DNA of 64,000 bases from Octopus vulgaris (GCA_951406725.2 OX597821.1:101308001-101372000); one strand, 5' to 3'; numbered from the stretch's first letter, positions 11,562-24,979 are shown. The notes: generated by a model not told the origin, from the letters alone. Made by a program: numbers and translations.

Positions 11562-14500
11562 CAGGTGTGGGGAAAACCCAACTCGCATGCACAATTTTGC
11601 CTGCTGGCTGATATACTCATGTACAAAATAAAGTAAATTTTTCAATTATAAAATGTATACAATACTCACATGCCTATTTGCAACATAGGTCATGTTTCCA
11701 CTATGACTTAAAAGGGATCAGACTCAAACAGAAATTGTCCAGTAATTGCCATTTGAATGGAAATTTTGATTTTACTATAAAACACATATTGCTAGGTTTG
11801 TACCACTCCCTTGAAACCCAACTACACTTTAGCTGAGAAAACTGGAAATATATTGCATATCTCAAAATAATTTTTATATGAAACGAAAGCTGAAGGATTG
11901 TAGAAGATACTGTGTAAAAATTATATCCAAGAACCCCAAGTATTTAAATTTTCCTCCCTATTTCATTTTTCACGTTTTTATGAAAAGAAGTCTCCAAAAT
12001 TGATACTCATTCTCTTTCTGTCAATTGAAAAGCAAAAAAATATTTTAAAATCTATTAAGAATCAAAAACAAATTGGTAAAGCTTCATCAAAACAGAAACT
12101 ATTAATTTAGTGCTTTGTGAACAGGATTATAAAAAATATTACTGACTTCTTTTTCTGAAAAAGCAGTGAAAAATAACTTTTTTCAAAGGGGTGTCACATT
12201 TCTGCTATCAGTTGGGGTCAAGAAGGTTAGCAGGAGTTACTTTCATCTGCCATCAGTTTATCAGTTATTGTCATTCCCTACCCACTTGCTTGTCAACACC
12301 TGTGTGGACAAGGAGGGAGAGAAAAATCAAGTTAAACCTTGCAGAACCAAACAATATCTAAATTTTTTGCCGATTTCTATTTTTCACTATTTTTACAACA
12401 CTAAGTGCATGCATTATGACTATGAGCCAGTTGGCTTTTGTTTTTCCAAGGCAGCAGTAATAACAAAAAATTCCAAAAGTGATAATATAAATTTAACCAG
12501 TTTATAACTTTGTTAAATCAATTTTTCAATACCCTTATCAATATGGCAAGTGATTATTAAAATCCTAAAAAAAGAAGTACTGGTGAATGTGCTTTGTTTG
12601 AGGAAAAATGGACTGAGCTTTATTTTTATATTAAAATAGATAACAAATGCATTTGTTTTAGTTGCAACGAACAGGTAGCAATTGATAAAAAATATAATAT
12701 AGAGAGGTATTTTGTGAGTAAGCATAAGACCTATGAAAAGTTAAAAGAATCTGAACATTTAGACATGATGACCTCCTTAAAAGAAAATCTGACCAGAAGA
12801 CAAACTTTTTTTTAAAAGGCCAATTCTTGAATGTGAATTAGTTACTTGAGCCAGTTATGTGGTGTGCAAAAATATTGCTAAAAAACTCAATCACATAGTG
12901 ACAGAAAATTTGTGAAAGAATGTAACCTTACTGCTGCTGAGAATATATGCCAAAAAACCTTTGTTTGGAAACATTAGCTTCTCAGGAAGAATTGTTTCTG
13001 GTCATATTAAAGATATTGTTGATGACATTCAAAATTCTCTAAAATCTGATTCAGCAAAATTCGTATTGTATTCATTAGTTATTGATAAGACAACTGATAT
13101 GTTTAATACTGCTCAAACGGCAATATTTATACATGGAATAACTGCAAAATTCAGCATTCAGGAAGAATTTCTTGCCTTGAAATCAATGCATGGAACAACT
13201 AGAGATGAAGATTTATTTCAAATGGTCAGCTCAGCCTTAAAGGATTTTGATTTACCATATGAAAAAATGAGTGGTCTTGCTATAGATGGCACTCCATCTA
13301 TGGTAGGTTGTGAAAAAGGGTTCATAGCTCTGATTAAGAATGAATTTAAGAAGCGTCTTTTGGATCCGAAAACTTTGCGTGTTACTGCTTTATTCACATG
13401 GAAAGTTTATGTGCAAAATCTCTCAAAGCCAAATATGGGGATTTATTGTACTATTGTGAAGTTAGGTGATTAAGTAAGGCCCAAATGCTTAAGCAATTTT
13501 TATGAACTGTAGGAAGAAGTGACATTTTTATGGATATTAAAGGTGTTCTATTATAGAACAGGAAGATAAAAAATTTCAAAGTGATTTAGCATTTTTAGTC
13601 ATTTAAATAATTTGAACTTGAAACTACAAGGCTCTAATCAGATAATAACCAGTTTGCTTTCTCATATCAAAAGCTTTGAATCAATGCTTCATTATTTATC
13701 ACACAAGTGAAAGGAAAGTGCTCCACTCATTTTCTGAAACTGAGCAAACTAAATCCTGAATCAAAAAAGGAATACCCTGATGAGTGTGAAAGTCTTTTGA
13801 AGAAATTTGAAAGTAGAGTTGAAGATAAAATCAAACTACATGCTTTTGAAACACCTTTTGATATGTGCCCTGATGAGGATCCAGATTACTTACAATTAGA
13901 ATTAATTGATTTCCAGTTAGATAACTTATTAAATCAAATTATAATAATCTGTCTTTATTGTACTTTTACAAATCCATCAATCCTGAGAAATTCCCTGCTT
14001 TACATAAAAATGCCTTGAAATTCACATCTCAGTTTTCAATAACTTATCAACGTGAGCAATTTTTTTCCAAATTGAATTAGGCAAAAAAATTGTCTTCGTA
14101 CCAGACTTACAAACGAAAACCTGAGTAATGAACTAAGAATAGCAGTTTCTTCAAAAACCTGTGATATTCCTAAACTTTCAAAAAAAAAAAAAAAGAAAAA
14201 AAGCAGTTTCATCCCTCTCACTAAGATAAATTTGTTTAAAAATGTCATTTACATCTAGTGTTATTTAGATATTAATGTAATTTTTCAAAATTAAATTCAG
14301 TCTGTGCATGACCATTATGATTTCTCCAACATTAGGATAGCTACATTTTGAAAAATATAAAATACCTCATAAGTAATATAAAGTCTTAAATTCAGTGGCA
14401 GTGTTAATGAAGATGTTAAGCATTAATTTAATGTGTTAAACTTGTGTTTATTGAATTATACATAGATATATACAAGATTTACACAGATACAAGAGTCCAA

Positions 14501-14573
14501 ACTTGTGATCCACCTACAGACCTTTTTCTTTGGAAATTTTTGCTCACATCACTAAAAAGTTCCCCTATCCCTG
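11562..14573 (+). mobile_element. Full-length (3.0 kb) dead hAT DNA transposon, Buster/SPIN/GTF2IRD2-like
   Basis: Imperfect TIRs caggtgtggggaa / ttcccctatccctg; 8-bp TSD ctctaatt (11554-11561) / ctctagtt (14574-14581); internal transposase pseudo-ORF. Confidence 0.9.
12543..14224 (+). pseudogene. Disrupted hAT transposase (GTF2IRD2/EPM2AIP1/SPIN-like)
   Basis: FEEKWTELYF..CICFSC..KKYNIERYF (BED-like), YSLVIDKTTDMFNTAQTAIFIHG, SMHGTTRDEDLF, AIDGTPSMVG, LQLELID, STYQREQFFS..RTRLTNENL..LRIA, ending QFHPSH*; several stops and frameshifts. Confidence 0.9.
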
Positions 14574-15399
14574 CTCTAGTTAGTGATCTTAAGAGACAGA
14601 AACAGCATTATCTAACCTCCTTTCATTTTTCAACTCCAAAAGAATCAGTATTGAAGATTTTTTTTTTTAAACTCATACCAATAACTTTTCATCACAAACT
14701 TGATTCATTGACAGATTAGATTATATAAGTGCTTTTTCATTTTGTTTATGTTCAATCAAAATATCTCTTTAGACAACTAATTTTTCAAATGAGAAACAAA
14801 TTGTTATTCTAAATTTTAAATTTATAAACGGTGTTTCTATCTGTAGAAACTCCAGATATCATTAGCTCATATTAAAGATAATGAATGATATAAATCTGGA
14901 ATTTATTTCCTTAATTTAACAGTAATTAGGGAATGTGATTTATGTACAATTACTTTCTCTTTATACCACTCCCTATTTCTATAGACGTTTATGTGTATAC
15001 AAAAATTGGATCTGTATAACTGAGAAAGAAATCATAGTACTTAATGTAGTTGCATTAATTTGGAACTCAAAATAATAGTAAAAATAATCACTGCCTGTAG
15101 ATTTATTCAGTATTCCTTTCCAAACACTGAAGTACAGTGAAATATTTCACTGTTTTCTTTGCACTTTACCTTAAGTTTATTTATTGCTGATATATCCCAT
15201 CATCAACTTAAATTTCATTTTAAATCTAAATAATTCTATTCTTTAAACAAGAATAATACAGAACAAATAAATTTATTCTTATCTAAATTCATATAACCTT
15301 GCTGAAGATAACAGTTAAATAAAACAATAATTTCTTTCTCTTTGGTGTCAGTTTTCCATGTTAAATTGTTGAAAATTGTACTGTTTTTGTTTATGACAA

Positions 15400-16350
15400 A
15401 GATTGTCATAAATGTTATAGGTAAGATACCATTATGCCTATATGTTTGATACAGTTTTAGATTGTATCAATTAAATCAGTTACCTTTACTTGTGAAATCT
15501 GTATTCTAGTTTTTCAAATTGTAGGATTGAGTTAAAGAAAAATAAATTCAAACATTTATGTCAGATTCTTTGATCTAGTCTCAATAAAACTCTTTAATTG
15601 TTATTGACTTTTACATATGGTTGGAAATCCTGTAATATCTTTTTACTGTTGTTTTTATATTATATCTTTAAGCTGGTCACATTGAATACGAAAATTAATT
15701 TAATGGTACCTTTTGTACATAAATGTTTCTTAATTTTATACCTTTCAAGCTGCCTGTATTTTCATTCTTGTTTGCCATTCATATCACCATTTTTATTTAA
15801 GACTATCTTATCACTTCATAAACCAGTATAAATCCTTTTTAAGCTAACCTCTTTCATCATTGATGGCTTTCCAAAAGAATGTATATTTTCCATGATATAA
15901 ACTGCTACTATTGATACTGATCCTAAAATCTTATTGCCCTTTTATGTTTAAGTCACTTGTTAATAGCTAAACCTAAAGAACACACCTTTCCGATTTTCAC
16001 ATCTAATGAAATAGGTTGTTTTTTTTTTTTCTTCCTTTCTATCAATAAAAGCCCGATGATAAACAGAAATACATAGATTCAAATAATGTTTTTCTTTTCT
16101 TATTTAACTGTTGAAAGATTTATTGATATCCAGTATCAAATTATGTTCTCCATTAAAAGAAAGCTTGTCATAAATTACAGGCTTTTTCACATCACTGCAA
16201 TCTTTAGTAATACAACAATTGACTTGTTTCTTCTCTCTCCTTAATTTATGCTTTTCACAGACCTGCTGTAGATTTTTTCCTGATTTCCTTTCTGAATTTA
16301 TTGCTTGGATGTCATTCAAAATCTTCATGAGTAACTGACTAAGGGAAATC
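15400..16350 (-). mobile_element. Possible decayed LINE endonuclease region
   Basis: Minus-strand NGDMNG near 15780 resembles the APE GDFN motif; A-rich minus strand; otherwise unalignable by eye. Confidence 0.3.
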
Positions 16351-16756
16351 ACATCATAAATTTAATGCTATCTTATTATCCAAGCAAATTGTAAACTAAC
16401 AGATATTTTCAACTTAAAACAAAATTTGAACTTCTTAAAAAATTATGTGATTCAACAGGTGATATGATGACATGTTATGTCCTTTTTGAGTATACAGGAA
16501 CATGAAAAATCAAACAGTTGGATTATCCAGGTATTGATAATGGTCTAATATAGTGATGGAAATGAATTTTCAGAATTTGGTGTAGAGCAGGCTGTACTCA
16601 GATCACAAAAGGGTCTATCAAAGATGAGCAAGTGATTTTTTGACAACTCTTTGATCTCTTAGTTTAACCTTAACTATGCACATTCCTCTCCAAGAATGCT
16701 ATAATATATGCATTCATATTTGTGACCTTAAACAGTCTATGGATCTCGTATCATTT

Positions 16757-17110
16757 AGGCATGGCTGTGTGGTAAGAAGCTTGCATTACCAACCGTATGG
16801 TCTTGCATTCAATCCCTCTGTGTAGTACCTTAGGCAAATGCCTTCTACTCTGACCAAAGCTTTGTGAGTGGATTTGATCAACAGAAAGAAGCCCATGTTA
16901 GATAAATAGATATGTTTGTGTTTGTCGCCCACCACCACTTGACAATTTATGTTGATTTGTTTATATCCCTGTAACTTAGTAGTTCAGCTAAAAGAGAGCT
17001 GCAAATTAATTGCCAGGCTTAAAAATAAGTCCTGGTGTTCTTTTCCATTAAACCCTTCAAGATGGTACCCCAGCATGGCTGCAGTCCAGACACTGAAGGA
17101 AATAAAAGAT
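16757..17110 (+). mobile_element. SINE family A
   Basis: aggcatggctgtgtggtaagaagcttgc...ccccagcatggctgcagtcc...ctgaag. Confidence 0.75.
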
Positions 17111-17650
17111 ATGAATCCAAATACTTTTAATAATGTTCCAAACCAAAGGTTCCCTCAAATTATCACATGCACGTTCACCACTTCACAACTTATAATCACA
17201 ATGTCATACAAGTGTCTGTACTCAATGGTAAGCTTTTAACCAAGATTTTAACCAGTTTGCTGAACTACTTAAAATTTTTACCACTGGTTCTGTATAAAAA
17301 AAAACAACTGAATTTGCCAATAAAATATGAGCAGCTTTTTTTAAAATGTTGATGATATTGAACATTAGCATATCAAATTAATTATTAAATACTTTTATTG
17401 TAGAATATTTTCATTCTTTGAATAATTTTACTGTTTTTAAATCTAAATATATATACTGAACTGTCAGTTGTTTATGTCTGTTTTATAGCAATGAATACTT
17501 TTGAAATTCAATTGTAAAATTATCTGTACGGATAGCAATTAATTGATGGATATTAAAACTAAACTAGTTTTATATTAAGAAAGTAAACTTAAATAAAGAT
17601 TATATTTTTAATTTAGTGACAGCAAATTAGTTATATAAATAAATAAAGAA

Positions 17651-17821
17651 CCACTCGCGGAGTGGTTGGCGTTAGGAAGGGCATCCAACTGTAGAAACAC
17701 TGCCAGATCAGACTGGAGCCTGGTGCAGCCCCTGGCTTCCCAGACCCCAGTCGAACCGTCCAACCCGTGCTAGTGCGGAAAACGGACGTTAAACGATGAT
17801 GATGATGATGATGATGATGAT
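17651..17821 (+). mobile_element. Young 5'-truncated RTE-LINE 3' end with (GAT)n tail
   Basis: gagtggttggcgttaggaagggcatcc...ggacgttaaacgatgatgatg; CpGs intact; aagaa on both sides as possible TSD. Confidence 0.85.
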
Positions 17822-18109
17822 AAGAAGTTCGCTTTACAGCCACATGGTTTGGGACTCAGTCCCACAACACAGCACCTTGGGCAAGTGTTTACCATAGCCC
17901 CAGATTGACCAATGCCTTGTCAGCGAATTTGGTGGATGGAAACTAGGGGCTTTGTTCCCCCATAACTTGGAGTTTTGCAAAAGAGACTGATAGAATAAGT
18001 ACCAGACTTAAAAATAAGTTCTGGGTTCCAATTTTTTAACTAAACCCTTCAAGGCATTGCCCCGACATGGCTGCAGTCCAATGGCTGAAACAAGTAAAGG
18101 ATTAAAAGA
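17822..18109 (+). mobile_element. SINE family A, head-truncated
   Basis: aagaagttcgc...gcaccttgggcaagtg...catggctgcagtccaatggctgaaacaagtaaag. Confidence 0.75.
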
Positions 18110-19892
18110 TATGGATATGAAAATGTTTCCCAATATTTCATCATGTTCATATTATGTCATCATGATAACGCTACTCAAACTCTGCTAAGTAAATATCGAA
18201 TAGCTCTTCTGATATACCATTCAATCACTTGGCATAAAACCAAAAAGATTCAGATTTGTATGAATCTTCTTGAGGATTGATAACATTTCTGTTGGTATTC
18301 ACAGTATATAATATGCTAATATTTATATATGTTTATAATTCAAGAAGGAAAGTATTTCAAACTTTGGTATGTTAATCTCTGATATTACCAAAATTTTTAA
18401 CTCACTTCAACTTTAGTAATAATGAATTTTCAGAGACAAATATCAGTACTTTTATTCTTTTAATTTTAATTTTTTTAAATAATTTATATATTTTTGCATA
18501 CCTTATTATTACATATTACAGCAATAGTTTCCAAATAGCTGTTTGTATTACTTAGAAACTGGCAATGGTCTCTGTGTCAGTAAAATTCAGTCTCTATAAC
18601 GTTTGGAAGAATGGGTGAAGTTTATTTACCATGCGGATTGTAGAATTGTCATTGTTCTTGTTTATCATATAAGAAAATTAGAGAAAAATTTCTAGCTGAA
18701 GTGTTAATTTAGTAGAGAGATAATTAGGCAAGATGGGTGGTATCAGAGAGTAGGAAGCAAAAGCCACTTGGTGAAAAAGATGGATCAGAAGATTGGAAAG
18801 GAGAGTAGCCAGGGACCTACCTCAAATAACTGCATATAGTGACACAGCTATAATGAAAGATTAAACAGTAAGTGTGGAAGGAAGGTGGATATACCTTAAA
18901 GAAACATATATACAGATATAGTTGCAATAAAAGATTAAGTACTTTGGTCAGATGTGAAGCAACAGAAGGTGTGTTGGAAGCATTATTCAAACATACTATT
19001 GCACACATGCATGTGTGTGTGTGTGTGTACATATAAATATGTATATACATTTAAATATATGAATCTATATAAATATTTCCTCGTACTTATAAAAGATCTG
19101 ACTGGCTGAATTGTCAGCATGGGTTTGCAAAGCCATATTAAGTAACATTTTTTTTCAAATGTATCTTAAGTGAACTTACAACTTGCTTTGTAGTCAACTT
19201 GCTGGGAAACTATAACTTTGTCAAATTAGAGAACAATAACATTAATAACTTGGGCTAACTGAATAATTAAAACAAGTTATTGGTTAACTCCTGATTTTGT
19301 TTGTTTTATTTTTTACCTTCATTTTTCACAAAGTTCCTCGGTAGTCACTTGCATTCTCATAGATTCTAATGATACTATGTAGTATATTACAAATCAATTT
19401 ATATTCTATTTTATTATGAGTACTAAATATGATATGCAAGCATATTTATAATTAAAAAAAATTAATTCATATTGTTAGGAACTTGATAAAAAAGATCTAA
19501 TAATAATTTGTTGGCATTGAAAATGAAAGAAAAATATGGAAATTGAGAAGTTGGGGTATATCATACTTTTTTACTCCACCTCCTACAATTTCCATCTTTG
19601 AAGTAATTAATGTGACATAGTAATCCTGTAAACACTCACATTTCTCATTCTGAGCCTCCATTAAAATGTAGATTGAGTTTACTTTCTAAAGTATTAATAA
19701 ATGAGGGTATAATAAGCATTTATTAGCACTCACTACTATTAATGATGATTCTAAATATAATCTTTAATATCAAAAGGTAATATCTTTGAAACTGGATGGA
19801 TTTTAACTTAATTTCACTCAGTTCATAGACTAACAGTCTGATAACTTTTTACTTCTGTTAGTATATTATATACCATTTTTTAGTACTCTTTT

Positions 19893-20290
19893 ATTAATTT
19901 TAGTCATTAGATTGCACCCCTGCTGGGGTACCATCTTCAAAGATTTTAGTCAATTATGCCAACCTCAGTTATTATCTAGTACATGTTTCATCAGTCTCCG
20001 TTTATCGACTGGCTGAGTTCATTTGAACCATGTCCATTTAGGGAGTCATGCCCTGTTTCTGTGTAATGGCTCTTAGAGAGTTACGCTCTAGTTAGACAAA
20101 TACCCAAAGTTAACTACATTGAATCACACTAGGACATACACATACATACACATGTAAAGGGCTTCTGTACACTTTCCATTCATAACATGGCTATGGTGAA
20201 CAGTATCTGCATGAAGTGCCATGCAGAGGGATGAAATATAAAACCAGATGATTGCAAAGAAAACTCCTAATCACATAGCCATTCCTGCAG
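19893..20290 (-). mobile_element. Decayed SINE family A
   Basis: Reverse-complement head (cacatagccattcctgca) and tail (ttttagtcattagattgcacccctgctggggtacc). Confidence 0.6.
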
Positions 20291-20970
20291 TGAGAATTTT
20301 TCTTTTCATTATATTATTAAAAAAAAAAAAGCTGCTAATAGTGACCTTAAAGTACTAAAGACAGTAAATAGTACTTAATAAATTTCTGATGATATTGACC
20401 TAAGAAAACTGATTTCTATTTGTATGAACTTATTATTCATGTTTATAATGTTCAGCTTCTTAATTTACATGTTTTTCCTGTTCATAAGATTATCTCTGCA
20501 AGTGACAGCTGTAAGATGAAATAAACTGCTATGTTTTGACTGATCAAAAAAACTTCTTTTCGCTCTTAGTGCATTATTTACATTCATTGCTAATACACTG
20601 AATTTTATCATGCAGTCTTCTTTAATCTTCCTTCATCATCAGATAAATCAATATATATCATTACTTCGTTCTTTTACAACTAATCAAAGTTCTTTTACTT
20701 CAATCAACTTAGCCAAATTCCAACCAATAGTTTAACAATATTTAAAATCTATGCTTGCTTGATTCATAACAGCTTATAAAAACAATTTTAAAAGCACTGA
20801 TAATGGTGATAATTTGCTAAAGAAAACATCTTTTTATACTTGATAGTTGGTGCAAAATTTAAGTTCAAACTACATCTGTGTTCAAATCCTGCTGAGGTTA
20901 CCTTCTTACTTTCCTCCTCAAAGTTTGATAAAATAAGTACATGAAATATATTAATGTTGAGTCAATTTAA

Positions 20971-21185
20971 CCCTTTAGCATTCAGATTAGTGTCAAATGT
21001 AATGCTTATTTATTCACATTGTTTTGAATTAATCATGAATCATCTCATAGTTTTGAGATTTCAATGATATGATTGTTTATTTTTAGAACAGTGTTGGGTA
21101 GTTGTGAGAGGCTGAATCTGGTCAGTTTGAACAAAAAAACAGACAGAATATTTGGGCTGGACATGGGTGGTTTAATGCTCAAGGG
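20971..21185. mobile_element. TTAA-targeting (piggyBac-type) MITE, family 1
   Basis: ttaa|ccctttagcatt ... aatgctcaaggg|ttaa; second copy in opposite orientation at 42884-43515. Confidence 0.8.
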
Positions 21186-21439
21186 TTAATATACTTTCCC
21201 CATACAAAAGTGGTTTCATGTATCTCTTTAAACATTTTTTATATTTAAAATATCTGGGTAAACCAAATAATAAGAATGTGTCCCTCTCTCTCATATTGTT
21301 TCAATATGCCAAAATCGTAAGTGAAATTATTTTTCCTTTGAAAAACATAATTGTATAAAATAATTGCTACTGCCATTTATGTATTACATCTTTTTTTGAT
21401 CATTATAAATATTAAAGTTTGTATGCTATAGGGAGATGA

Positions 21440-22120
21440 GAATACTGTAGTTTTGATCAAAGCCCTTCATTGGAAAGAAAGAAAATAGTCTTATCACTGC
21501 ACTGAGAATTTGAAGAATGTGTGAGGGAGGAAAAAAATAATCAAGACAAATGAGGGATGGAGGAAGATAAGATGGAAATTGGAGGTCAGCGACCAGAGTA
21601 ATGAAACCAAGTGGGGATAATGATTTAAACAGAGAACTAAAAACAATCGCAAACAGGGAGGCACTAAAGGTTGCAACAGATGTGATGTAATATATGAACA
21701 TATTTATAAACAGATATACCCACATCTACAAACATATTCAAACAAAAAGGAAACAGAGGGAGTTGATAGGGGAGGAAGGGAGATGCATAGATGTAAGGGA
21801 TGGGAAAGTTTGTCAATATGCAACATGCAGACTTCCAATATAAAAAGGTAAATGGAAGAGGCTTGAAATTAGGGAAGGGAAGTATGTTAGAAAACAGAAA
21901 GCCATTTGTTTATGCCTGTTGAAGCTAAGCCATCATAAAGATAAGATGCCTCGTCTTGTGTTTGTGGCTATGTGATGATCTTTAGTGTGGAACCATGCCA
22001 AGTCATCAAGGGAATGGCCTAATGAATTGAAATAGCAGGTCACAGGTTTGCAGGTCTGGAAGCTGTTAGACATTAGAGATACTGTGAAAGCTGCCTTCTA
22101 AATGGCATCCTGTTCATTAT
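21440..22120 (-). mobile_element. Decayed Penelope-like element: GIY-YIG C-terminus and 3' region
   Basis: Minus strand TGCHL..SF / PVTCYFNSLGHSLDDL / RHLIF..GIN matches the PLE pattern PVA.HFN..GHS..DL..LIF..GIN; degenerate hammerhead-like ccaatgaagggc..caaaac near 21450-21473. Confidence 0.65.
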
Positions 22121-22283
22121 AGGTTATATAATCTCGCTTTATAAAAAATATTACAAACTATTTTGTTCAATTTAGATACCAGAATTGAAGAGGATTCTAA
22201 GTGTTACTCATCAATGCATGTGAAATAATCAGAGTTAATTATAATATTGGATCATCCCATAAATAATGTGGATTTTTTATACT

Positions 22284-22529
22284 TCATTTATTTTTCAAAA
22301 CTAAAATAAACTCTCCTTCATTTTCTACAATGCTCTTCCATCTATATAGAAAAGTAGCAAGGCCCCTCTTCTTAAATTCACTTGTCCGTGATAGAAAATA
22401 CTCTTCCAATACTGTTCTGACCTCGTTTACAGAATTCATATTTTTTACATCCAAATGATTTTGAAGACTACAGAATAAATGATAATCAAATGAGGCAATA
22501 TCCAGCAAATATGGTGGATGGGGCATCAT
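22284..22529 (-). pseudogene. Mariner transposase C-terminal fragment
   Basis: PHPPYLLDIASFDYHLFCSLQNHL...RGL...RWKSIVENEGEF = decayed PHPPYSPDLAPSDYHLF motif. Confidence 0.9.
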
Positions 22530-23121
22530 TTTCCAGCAGCACTGGCAATGACCACGTTCGAGTGTTGTTTTTCACGTGCCACTGGCACATGTGCCAGTAA
22601 GGTGATGCTGGTAACGATCACACTCAAATGGGTTTTTTTATGTGCCACCAACATGGGAGCCAGTCAGCGGCCTTGGCAACAATCACACTCAGATAGTGCT
22701 TTTAACATTCCACTGGCATGACTGCCAATCAGGTGGCACTGTCATCAGCCACATCAGCGATTTTGATTTCACTTGCCTCAACAAGTCTTCGCAAGCAAAG
22801 TTCATTGTCCAATGAATGAGGGCTACTCATGAGTGGTCTGGTTACAGCCACTGGCATAGTCCTTGGGTTATGGTCTCACTTGGCTTGTCAGGTTTTCTGA
22901 AGCACAGCATATCTCCAATGATCTCGGTCACTAGTTATTACCTCAGTAAGGCCCAATGTTCGAAGATCGTGCTTCACCACCTCATCCCAGGTCTTCCTGG
23001 GTCTGCCTCTTCCACAGGTTCCCTCAACTGCTAGGGTATGACACTTTTTCACACAGCTGTCCTCATTCACTTGCAACACATGACCATACCAGTGCAGTCG
23101 TCTCTGTTGCACACCACATCT
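22530..23121 (-). mobile_element. RTE-LINE fragment (ORF C-terminus plus 3' UTR) nested in the mariner
   Basis: RRLHWYGHVLQVNEDSCVKKCHTLAVEGTCGRGRPRKTWDEVVKHDL...DRDHWR is the RTE C-terminal signature. Confidence 0.9.
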
Positions 23122-23384
23122 GGGAAAGAATGTTTTCCAATAAGATAGAGTTATTATTTTAAGCTGCATATACATTAGACTGTAATATTGCTATTACAAT
23201 ATTTAATATGAAAAGGGAAATACACAGTTCATTATAGAGTAGCAGCATTCTGGACTCATGTTAATATTGATACTTTTTGAGTAAGGAGCTGAAATGTGCA
23301 GAAACCATTTTGTATTCTATAAGTGCAATCACGGCTGTGTGGTAAGAAGTTTGCTTCCTAACTGCATGGTTCCAGGTTCAATCC
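23118..23384 (+). repeat. Direct duplicate of 24327-24574
   Basis: gaaagaatgttttccaataaga...ggagctgaaatgtgcaga...ggttcaatcc present at both sites with scattered substitutions and small indels. Confidence 0.9.
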
Positions 23385-24512
23385 ACAACAGTTAAAATCG
23401 AACTGCACTCCTCAAAACTTGCACTAAGAATCAGGACAAGGTAAAATTACTATCTGCTTTCATGGCAAGTTGATGCAGGTAGTTTATCCCATCTGCCCAC
23501 CTCTTAATTTTAGTTCATGCAGTTAAAAAAACCGCATTATTTATGGGATGACCCAATATATATTTTTACTGTACTCAGTTTTGTACCATAAATATTCTGA
23601 ATGTTTAGTGTTAGAGTAGTACTTCTGAAGGTGGGTAATACCATTAAAGGTAGGAGGAAGGTGGGTACTGGAAAATTTTATATGGGCACTAGGGACAAAG
23701 AAGGTTGGGTAGTAGATGTATCTTTTTATTGCCCTAAATTTCAAAAACATTTTCAATTTATATTCTGTGATTGAATCACTACATAATATTAATTGCAATG
23801 ACATTCCATATTGTACTAATGTGCAAATAGTCTTTTAATGTATTTAATTTTATTGCAAAGGGGCATTGAAAAAAATGTCAGTTAAAGAAAAGGGAAGATA
23901 CTTATTGAAAAAAAAAGTATGTGATTGAGGAAATCAAAGTTTGAGTAGCAAGAAATTAATACTTTCAACAAAAGATTAGATGCAAAGTAACTGACAATCA
24001 CTCATAAAAAAATGAATCACAGACATGGACAAAGTACTTTTCTCTATATAGTCTAAAGAGTTGTAAAATAAGTGCTAGTTTTGTTTCACTTCACAGGTAA
24101 ATATAAAGTACTTAGCAGGTTTACTATATTAAAACATTTATTAAGAATAGTTATAATTACTGATGTTGGCAGAATGAAGGAAGAGATGAGATGACTTTTG
24201 TTTTTTGTTTGCGTAATGTTGTATTATAATTATTCAGAGATTCTACTGGAGTTTATAAGCTATGAAGGACACAATTGCAATTAAAAAAAAGTTTACAGAA
24301 AGAACACTAATGATAAGCTAGATTTTTCTGAGAAAGAATGTTTTCCAATAAGACAGAGTTATTATTTTAGACTGCATACGCTATTACAATATTTAATATG
24401 AAAAGGGAAATACAATGTTCATTATAAAGTAGCAGCATTCTGGACTCCTGTTAATATTGATACTTTTTGAGTAAGGAGCTGAAATGTGCAGAAGCCATTT
24501 TGTATTCTATAA

Positions 24513-24862
24513 GTGCAAGCATGGCTGTGTGGTAAGAAGTTTGCTTTCTAACTGTATGGTTCCGGGTTCAATCCCATTGCATGGCACCTAGGGCAAGTAT
24601 CTTTTACTATAGCCTTGGGCTGACCAAGTTTTGTGAGTAGATTTGGTAGCCAGAAACTGAAAGAAGTCTGCCACATATATGTGTGTGTGTCCCCCTCCAT
24701 CACTTGACAACTGGTGTTGGCATGTTTACATCCCTGTAACTTAGCAGTTTGGCAAAAGAGACCAATAGTTGAAGTACCAGGCTTTACAAAGGGGCTGATT
24801 CATTTGACTAATATTCTTCAAGGTTGTGCCCCAGCATACCTGCAAACAAATAGAAGATAAAA
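24513..24862 (+). mobile_element. SINE family A
   Basis: gtgcaagcatggctgtgtggtaagaagtttgc...ccgggttcaatccc...(TG)n...aaggttgtgccccagcat. Confidence 0.8.
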
Positions 24863-24979
24863 GATAATAAATTATTAGGAAACTTTTACTATGTAATATA
24901 ACTAAAGAGGTTTAAAAAAACACCAATGCATTATAAATTCAAACATTCATATATACTGAATAAAGAAATTTTCAGTTAA

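Larger units (their letters stand above)
22247..23556 (-). mobile_element. Mariner element with both TIRs, internally deleted, carrying nested inserts
   Basis: ~30-bp TIRs ttggatcatcccataaataatgtggattttt / aaaaaccgcattatttatgggatgacccaa; TA TSD at 22245-22246 and 23557-23558. Confidence 0.9.
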
